The notes under the pieces were generated by a model. That model saw nothing but the letters and a program-made list of their open reading frames with translations, ran no database searches and was not told the DNA's origin. Shown one piece after another: positions 58,340-64,000 of a stretch of DNA of 64,000 nucleotides. Source of the DNA: a virus; IMG/VR virus record IMGVR_UViG_3300029361_000001; one strand, 5' to 3'. The stretch's first letter is position 1; each line of letters begins with the position of its first letter. A program made the position numbers and the translations under genes.

Positions 58340-58417
58340 CTTTGTCCTCCTTTCTTGAATAAAAAAAACGGCACCTATCTTCGCAGACCAGTGCCGGTAA
58401 CTAACTTACATGGAAAA

Positions 58418-58828
58418 CTACTTAACCTCAACTAATTCTACAGAGTTGTAGAATTTAGTGAAGCTACCAACAAATTCTCTTATATTTTTATATTCTTCTG
58501 GTCGTTTTCTGTTACCGTCTTTTATGTAATTCACCCACAGTCTATCCTCTATGTTCTTAATCGCATTCTCTATAGTAAATTCGTCGCTGACACACATTAA
58601 GCACGAAGACCCTGTTTTCTTATGCGGTTTATACACCCTTGAAAAAGACCACATCTTTATCCTGTCGTATATATATCCGTTGTTGGGATAAACGAATCCT
58701 ATCCGGCTGTCACCTTCTTTAGCGTAAAACACACCTGGCTCCTTCCCGCCCTTTCTATATACTACAAATCCTTTTTCTTTTAGGATATTAACCACTTTGT
58801 CTAATTTATTTTCCACGTTCATTTTCAT
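58418..58828 (-). CDS. Hypothetical protein, 136 aa.
   Basis: ORF. Confidence 0.35.
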   Translation of the reverse strand: MKMNVENKLDKVVNILKEKGFVVYRKGGKEPGVFYAKEGDSRIGFVYPNNGYIYDRIKMWSFSRVYKPHKKTGSSCLMCVSDEFTIENAIKNIEDRLWVNYIKDGNRKRPEEYKNIREFVGSFTKFYNSVELVEVK

Positions 58829-59279
58829 GCAAAAATTTAAAAACGACCCTCATTATAGTTGCGAAGTTCTCCACCTTAACCCACTCATGAGCTACTGCTC
58901 TAAGTACGGATGTTTCGTATGTCGGAATATCGTCTTCTTTAACCACCTTACAAGAAGCCAGAACTCCTTCAGTCGGCTTTAGTCCGCGGTCATGCAGCTC
59001 GCAGAGACCGTCTGGCCGGCGGAATGCGCACCACCCGTCTTTCTCTGTTGGCTGGATCATCGCTATTGGTTTTTCTTTCACTGCAAGATACCCTACCATC
59101 CACATTGTTTCTTTTAACCTGTCAGCGTATCCGGCATCTATGATAGCCTCTATGTCTTTTGGCGTACCAATACAAGGAACCTTACACATGTTCTTGCATT
59201 TATCACATGTACAAGGTTGCTCCCATCTGTTATGATCTATGCCTACCAACTTCTTTATCCGTTCTACTTCTTCTTTCAT
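58806..59279 (-). CDS. Cys-rich protein, 157 aa (CTCDKCKNMCKVPC…).
   Basis: It has a CxCxxCxxxCxxxC cluster, suggestive of metal binding. Confidence 0.35.
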   Translation of the reverse strand: MKEEVERIKKLVGIDHNRWEQPCTCDKCKNMCKVPCIGTPKDIEAIIDAGYADRLKETMWMVGYLAVKEKPIAMIQPTEKDGWCAFRRPDGLCELHDRGLKPTEGVLASCKVVKEDDIPTYETSVLRAVAHEWVKVENFATIMRVVFKFLHENERGK

Positions 59280-59280
59280 A

Positions 59281-59562
59281 TTATACTATCTCTGTTAGTT
59301 TTTCATAATACAACTTCATTTCCGGTGAAGCATATTCCATGAACGCTTCGAATAAGTGGGGTACCTCTATTATCATATTCACATCACAACCTTCTGCCTG
59401 TAAAAGAGATTCAAGATCATTACTGTATGAACACGTTACATAAGCTCCTACATTAAACACATGTAAATCTAATCTTACATATTCCATACATAAATCTAAC
59501 GCTTTAAACAAGTTCTCTACCTCAATCTCCTGAAATAGGTCTATAAACATCCTTAAATCCAT
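59281..59562 (-). CDS. Hypothetical protein, 93 aa.
   Basis: ORF. Confidence 0.3.
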   Translation of the reverse strand: MDLRMFIDLFQEIEVENLFKALDLCMEYVRLDLHVFNVGAYVTCSYSNDLESLLQAEGCDVNMIIEVPHLFEAFMEYASPEMKLYYEKLTEIV

Positions 59563-59945
59563 TATTTTACCACCCTTTCTACATGTTTAATTAATACTAC
59601 TGCTATTCCATTGCCGGTTTTTATCGCACATTCCGATCCCCTTATCCATTCTACACACCCTACATACTTTTCCGTAGCATGAAATCCGGGATTGTATTTT
59701 CCAGATGTACTGAACTCTACCGTATCCCCTACCCTCAGATCATCAAAAGCAATAGACCATGTGGTCCAAATTCTGTCATGTCTCCCAGGCTGAATGGCCT
59801 CGATTACGCCTTTTTTACGACCGTTTTTTATCGCCCTTAGTATTATCTTCCTATCACCTTCGATAAGGCTGCAAAAGCGCCCGTAAAAGGTCAAATCAAC
59901 CTGTTTTCCTCCTATTTCTTCTCTTATTTTTGTTATTCTGTTCAT
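59562..59945 (-). CDS. Hypothetical protein, 127 aa.
   Basis: ORF. Confidence 0.35.
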   Translation of the reverse strand: MNRITKIREEIGGKQVDLTFYGRFCSLIEGDRKIILRAIKNGRKKGVIEAIQPGRHDRIWTTWSIAFDDLRVGDTVEFSTSGKYNPGFHATEKYVGCVEWIRGSECAIKTGNGIAVVLIKHVERVVK

Positions 59946-60189
59946 TTTCTGATTTTGTTTTATTTTTTTCTTTGTTTTTTCTATCTTCTATAGAAGATGA
60001 TAATAACATTATCTTTTCTATGTTACTTTTTGACTGTAAAAAAGAATCGCATTTCATTACTACTACCACCTTCTTAAGTTCCCCATTATCGTATAGCGAT
60101 ACACGCATCATGTTTTGCACCTCGTCCACTATCAGACCTGGAGTAGTCTTAGCCATTTTGCGTAGCTTATTATACTCCGGTCTTTCCAT
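59896..60189 (-). CDS. Hypothetical protein with a basic Lys/Asn-rich tail. The start is uncertain, and the ORF overlaps its neighbour by 50 nt.
   Basis: ORF. Confidence 0.25.
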   Translation of the reverse strand: MERPEYNKLRKMAKTTPGLIVDEVQNMMRVSLYDNGELKKVVVVMKCDSFLQSKSNIEKIMLLSSSIEDRKNKEKNKTKSENEQNNKNKRRNRRKTG

Positions 60190-60454
60190 TTCCTCTGTTT
60201 ATTACTCTATAGTATTTATCCTTATCCCCTTCTTTCAACTTCTCCAGATAGAAAATTCCATCATGTAAATGAGACAAACAAAACCTGTATCCGTATTTCT
60301 GTACTCTTCTTACATGATCCCGCAGTCTTATCTCTTCACTTTTGTCTTGTACTTTGATTTTAATACTGTCTCCTTCTTTGATTGTGTATAAAATAGTTTG
60401 AATCTCTTCTTTTTTCATCTTATAAAATATTTTAACGGCAGCACCTATACTCAC
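60170..60454 (-). CDS. Hypothetical protein, 94 aa.
   Basis: ORF. Confidence 0.35.
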   Translation of the reverse strand: MSIGAAVKIFYKMKKEEIQTILYTIKEGDSIKIKVQDKSEEIRLRDHVRRVQKYGYRFCLSHLHDGIFYLEKLKEGDKDKYYRVINRGNGKTGV

Positions 60455-60481
60455 GCACCACTACTGCCTTATGTTTAACAA

Positions 60482-61291
60482 TTAAATACTTAACTCTTCA
60501 ATGGTCAAGCCTTTTTCTTTTGCCCACTTTAGCATCGCGCATAATTCTGTTTCTGACTTATATTTCGGATCACGCCACGCCCATCCGAATTTATCCAGGA
60601 CATGATGATATAATTCGTCGGCCTTTGCCGTGTAAATGTCTTTGAATAAATGCTCCGAACCTTCCGGTATAAGCATCTCTGTTGTTGCAAAATCGGAATA
60701 CGATAAACATCCGTAAGCATATTCTGTTATTTCACTCCATGCTTCTCCGGCTTTAAATCCAAATTCTTTTACAAAAGCCAAAGTTAGATACATATTTAAT
60801 AATATTGTTACATCATATCCCGAATCTGACTTTCTTTCTATTATTTCCTTTTCAAATTCCTTTAAATCTTCAGGCCCTAAAAAGATGTATCCTGGTACCG
60901 ACCGGTAATTAGCCTCCGCATACTTCTTGCATTTATCATCATTGACAATCTTACCAATGTTAGATAACATCTTTTGCCTCCATTCATCACAAAACTCTAC
61001 CTCTACGTTCATCCAATCAGTACCATAATTATATTCTTTCGGATATCCGACCGATGTTACCTTTATGTTATTCACGCCATATCCGTAAAGGCGTTCACTT
61101 ACCTCATTCGCCCATTCCTGTACAAAAGGAATAAACTTATTGTAATAAGAATCAAAATCAAAATCCGATTCCTCCTCATATTCTGGCATCTCTTCATAAT
61201 CCTGTTCAAAGAAATGACGAGGATCTGCTATTGTTTCGTAGAAACTTACGTTAATGAAACAAAACTCGTTGGTTGTCGTTTTTAATATCAT
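60482..61291 (-). CDS. Acidic Tyr/Glu/Asp-rich protein, 269 aa.
   Basis: ORF. Confidence 0.4.
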   Translation of the reverse strand: MILKTTTNEFCFINVSFYETIADPRHFFEQDYEEMPEYEEESDFDFDSYYNKFIPFVQEWANEVSERLYGYGVNNIKVTSVGYPKEYNYGTDWMNVEVEFCDEWRQKMLSNIGKIVNDDKCKKYAEANYRSVPGYIFLGPEDLKEFEKEIIERKSDSGYDVTILLNMYLTLAFVKEFGFKAGEAWSEITEYAYGCLSYSDFATTEMLIPEGSEHLFKDIYTAKADELYHHVLDKFGWAWRDPKYKSETELCAMLKWAKEKGLTIEELSI

Positions 61292-61542
61292 AACTTTTTG
61301 TATTTACGTACATTTTTCTTGCCATAGAATCTACATATGGCACGAATCTGACTATAAAATACTTTTGTCCTCCTGGCCTCAAAGTATTTAAACATTTCTT
61401 CATTCTTTGTTTCCCAAACGTAATCCGTTTGGGAACTCATGCGATCTTTCTCCTTGCGTGAATAATGGTAATATGATACCACAACACGTTTCATACCATT
61501 CTTTACAGGTACGATATTTACGTCTATACTATTCTCTGTCAT
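61288..61542 (-). CDS. Hypothetical protein, 84 aa.
   Basis: ORF. Confidence 0.3.
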   Translation of the reverse strand: MTENSIDVNIVPVKNGMKRVVVSYYHYSRKEKDRMSSQTDYVWETKNEEMFKYFEARRTKVFYSQIRAICRFYGKKNVRKYKKL

Positions 61543-62056
61543 ATTATTATTGTTTTATGCATTATACAAATACAAAGAGCGCATACCTTCACAGGCCGGC
61601 GCTCCTTTCAATAAAAATGAAAAAACTAATATTACAGAAACATATTGTTTTCTACTCTTTATTACAATACTTTTGTTCCGCAATTATTATATCTACCATA
61701 TTCGTTTCTTCCATCATTCCGTATTTCAAAAATCATCTTCTTATGATCTTTGCCTGGTAACCTATCCTTAACAGCCGATATTACGCCCGCTATAGACGTA
61801 AAGCCTGAATCTGTTATTGAACACAGTAACACACCTCTGTCTGCGCCGGTGCTTATCGCTGACGCCTTTATAATATCATTCTTGTATATTCTCATAATCT
61901 TTTGTTTTATTATCTACAAACTTATCTATATCGTCTCTTATTCTTTTTAGCACTCCGGCTATAATTTCCGGCATCTCTCCTTCGGTACGGTTCAGAGTTT
62001 CTATCACCCCATCAATCCTACCAATTTGACGCCATAAGAAATTGGCGTCTTTCGCA

Positions 62057-62305
62057 TTAAATTCCCCCATCATGTCTTATTTTACAGTAAACAACTTGCT
62101 TTTTTAAGCACCAGTCTTGCGATTCTGAGAGTGAACACCGTTCGGAGTTGTTAAAAAATATACAATCTTTGCAGAACATAAGAGGATCTTCGTCGTCACC
62201 AACTACTTTGACATCATACTCTATGCCATACAATTTTAATCTAAATACATCTCCTGCTTCTTTAGAAGATAAATCCATGTCTGGACTGAATGTTATTACT
62301 TCCAT
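62057..62305 (-). CDS. Hypothetical Cys-containing protein, 82 aa.
   Basis: ORF. Confidence 0.3.
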   Translation of the reverse strand: MEVITFSPDMDLSSKEAGDVFRLKLYGIEYDVKVVGDDEDPLMFCKDCIFFNNSERCSLSESQDWCLKKQVVYCKIRHDGGI

Positions 62306-62478
62306 ATGATTATGATTTATTGTTTGTGAGATTCCTGGAATCGAACCAGAACCGACACATACATACCGGCACGCCGCGCCATCCCTCTATGATACAGAAA
62401 TAGGCATGCCTATTCTCACGAACCGACATGCCAAAACCCAAAACTTAATTTGATGAATAAAATAGATTAACAAAAATA

Positions 62479-62793
62479 CTATTCTAATTCTTTTATAATA
62501 TCTTTCACAATATTCAGCCTTACCTCCTTCGTTTCTGGACTAAGACAACCAAACCACCCATAAAACGTTCTTGTTTCCTCTGGTTCTGTGGCCATACTTA
62601 TCTTCTCCTCCAATTCCGGGAAATATATTCTCACCATTTCGTCTGAACGAAACTCATAGATATTTTTATGTGTTTTGAAATACATAAACACTACATTTCT
62701 TAACGCAACACATATGTATTCCCCATCCTCTAACCTATCAATCATCTCATATACCTTTTTCCATATGAATAATCGCTCTTCTTTTGTAAACAT
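62479..62793 (-). CDS. Hypothetical protein, 104 aa.
   Basis: ORF. Confidence 0.35.
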   Translation of the reverse strand: MFTKEERLFIWKKVYEMIDRLEDGEYICVALRNVVFMYFKTHKNIYEFRSDEMVRIYFPELEEKISMATEPEETRTFYGWFGCLSPETKEVRLNIVKDIIKELE

Positions 62794-62801
62794 ATCTTTC
62801 T

Positions 62802-63149
62802 TTATTTTTGTGGTATTATTTGACTGTACGCAGACTTTTCCATGTACACAACACTATGTTCCTGTCCAAGTATTTTCTTTGCTGCTTCTTTCTTTATCGC
62901 GCAATATCTCCCTGTACGATACGGATTCTTTTGATCTGATCCATCCTCGACTTCGATAATAAAACAACCTCCGTCATCTATTATCTTTTTGCAATTGTCA
63001 CATACTCCGCCCGTGCATATATGATGCGGCGCCTGCCCTTTGATGTTATTCCCTAATAAAGCAATCCCCATCTCTTCGCCACATATCATGCAGACTTCTA
63101 TAGACGGATTCAATCCGTGTTCTGGATGTAATGTAATACCATCTTTCAT
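62802..63149 (-). CDS. Cys/His-rich putative zinc-binding protein, 115 aa.
   Basis: It has CMICGEEMG…HHICTGGVCDNCKK. Confidence 0.35.
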   Translation of the reverse strand: MKDGITLHPEHGLNPSIEVCMICGEEMGIALLGNNIKGQAPHHICTGGVCDNCKKIIDDGGCFIIEVEDGSDQKNPYRTGRYCAIKKEAAKKILGQEHSVVYMEKSAYSQIIPQK

Positions 63150-63490
63150 TTTCTTTCCTCCTTTGTTTTTAATGTTGTGTGAGATCGCCGGAATCGAACC
63201 GACCTACCGCACCATGAATCCCATAAAGCAAATGCTCCGATCTTCGCAGATGGGAGCATTCTGTCTAAAGCATAAGAAAATTAATGAAGAAATTTTTCTC
63301 ACTTACGCCATAGCATCTAAAATAGCTATCAGCACTATTTCTATGACAAACATAATAGAAAATATCTTAAATGCCTTTTTCATATCGCTATCTCCTCCTT
63401 TTTATTTTTTTTAGTTCCACAATAAACTGTTCCGGCTCTGCTCCGACCTACGTTCCACCTACAACCGCAGGCCTTAGCCCAAGGCGCCGC

Positions 63491-63691
63491 CTACTCCCCC
63501 TCTATGGCAGCCTGTTCGTACCTACAAATCCAATCTCCATCTATACAACTATCACTACGCGATAATAAACATTTATCCTTATAACAATCACAAAAAATAC
63601 ACCCACTACCTTCTATTCCTTTTACCCCAAAAATACAACCTTCTACCTCCTTACTCAAATCTAAGTCAGGCGCAAAGTCATATACGTTCAT
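63491..63691 (-). CDS. Small Cys-rich protein, 66 aa.
   Basis: ORF. Confidence 0.25.
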   Translation of the reverse strand: MNVYDFAPDLDLSKEVEGCIFGVKGIEGSGCIFCDCYKDKCLLSRSDSCIDGDWICRYEQAAIEGE

Positions 63692-63790
63692 GTTGTTTAT
63701 GTTTTAATTGTTATACATTCCGATTGAAAAAAAATACTCACATAATGCAGTCCTTAACCCTTACATACAGAATACTGTTTTAAAAACGGT

Positions 63791-63908
63791 CTTAATTTTG
63801 TTGGAAAATCCTACATTGTGCTGTTTTAAAGCACTGCAATCCTTAATTTTGTTGGAAGAAACTACAAAATGCTGTTTTAAAGCACTGCAATCCTTAATTT
63901 TGTTGATG
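63791..63908. repeat. Two copies of a roughly 51 bp module (…gctgttttaaagcactgcaatccttaattttgttgg…), giving three spaced cttaattttgttg cores.
   Basis: Direct repeats lie at 63820-63854 and 63871-63905. The core is at 63791, 63842 and 63892. Confidence 0.8.
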
Positions 63909-64000
63909 GTTGAATTTTGTTGAAAGAGAGTTGAATTTTGTTGAAAGAGAGTTGAATTTTGTTGAAAGAGAGTTGAATTTTGTTGAAAGAGAGTTGAATT
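63909..64000. repeat. A 21 bp iteron array (gttgaattttgttgaaagaga) with at least 4.4 perfect copies, truncated by the window edge.
   Basis: Perfect tandem copies lie at 63909, 63930, 63951 and 63972, with a partial copy at 63993. The array shares the AATTTTGTTG core with the upstream 51 bp repeats. Confidence 0.9.

Noticed and set aside
62320-62425. Calling a complete tRNA gene here
   Set aside because: The T-arm and acceptor 3' half are canonical, but I could not place a D-arm or anticodon arm, and the candidate 5' acceptor strand is about 95 nt away. I kept this as a finding, not as a tRNA feature.
63791-64000. Possible CRISPR array at the 3' end
   Set aside because: The repeats are directly tandem with no intervening unique spacers, and no cas genes are present. 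This is an iteron-type array.
1-64000. Stop-codon reassignment (TAG or TGA recoding) as reported for some Bacteroidota phages
   Set aside because: All giant ORFs (up to 6.6 kb) are intact under the standard code, and gene density is normal on both strands. The only hint is the single TGA between 21524 and 21618.

Overview
This window is an AT-rich (about 38-40% GC) double-stranded DNA phage region organised as two convergent gene blocks. From 1 to about 31.3 kb the genes are on the + strand: an operon of very large proteins (951, 1019, 2213, 179 and 751 aa), a 1.2 kb non-coding spacer, a cluster of small unknown ORFs including a Gly/Asn/Gln/Cys-rich protein and an RG-repeat protein, and a second giant 2140 aa ORF. 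The large proteins have Gly/Ala-rich hydrophobic N-termini and coiled coils, which fits virion-internal or ejected (cargo) proteins. From 31.3 to 63.7 kb the genes are on the - strand. They form a replication and early module: an SF2 DExH helicase with a DUF3820-like tail, a Cas4/RecB-like PD-(D/E)XK exonuclease, a DnaB-like helicase, a DnaG-type zinc-finger/TOPRIM primase and a second putative nuclease. Embedded in this module is an SPFH(band-7)/NfeD/acyl-carrier-protein trio, and there is a 14 kb run of small accessory ORFs containing a compact ABC-type ATPase. A Bacteroidota-type promoter motif (TAnnTTTG), the giant virion proteins and the primase/helicase/nuclease set suggest a Bacteroidota phage, possibly crAss-like. 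No major capsid protein, portal, terminase or integrase could be recognised in the window. Non-coding features include a 155 bp tandem duplication, three cUUCGg-loop hairpins, several intrinsic terminators, two tRNA 3'-end-like elements and a 21 bp iteron array that runs off the 3' edge.
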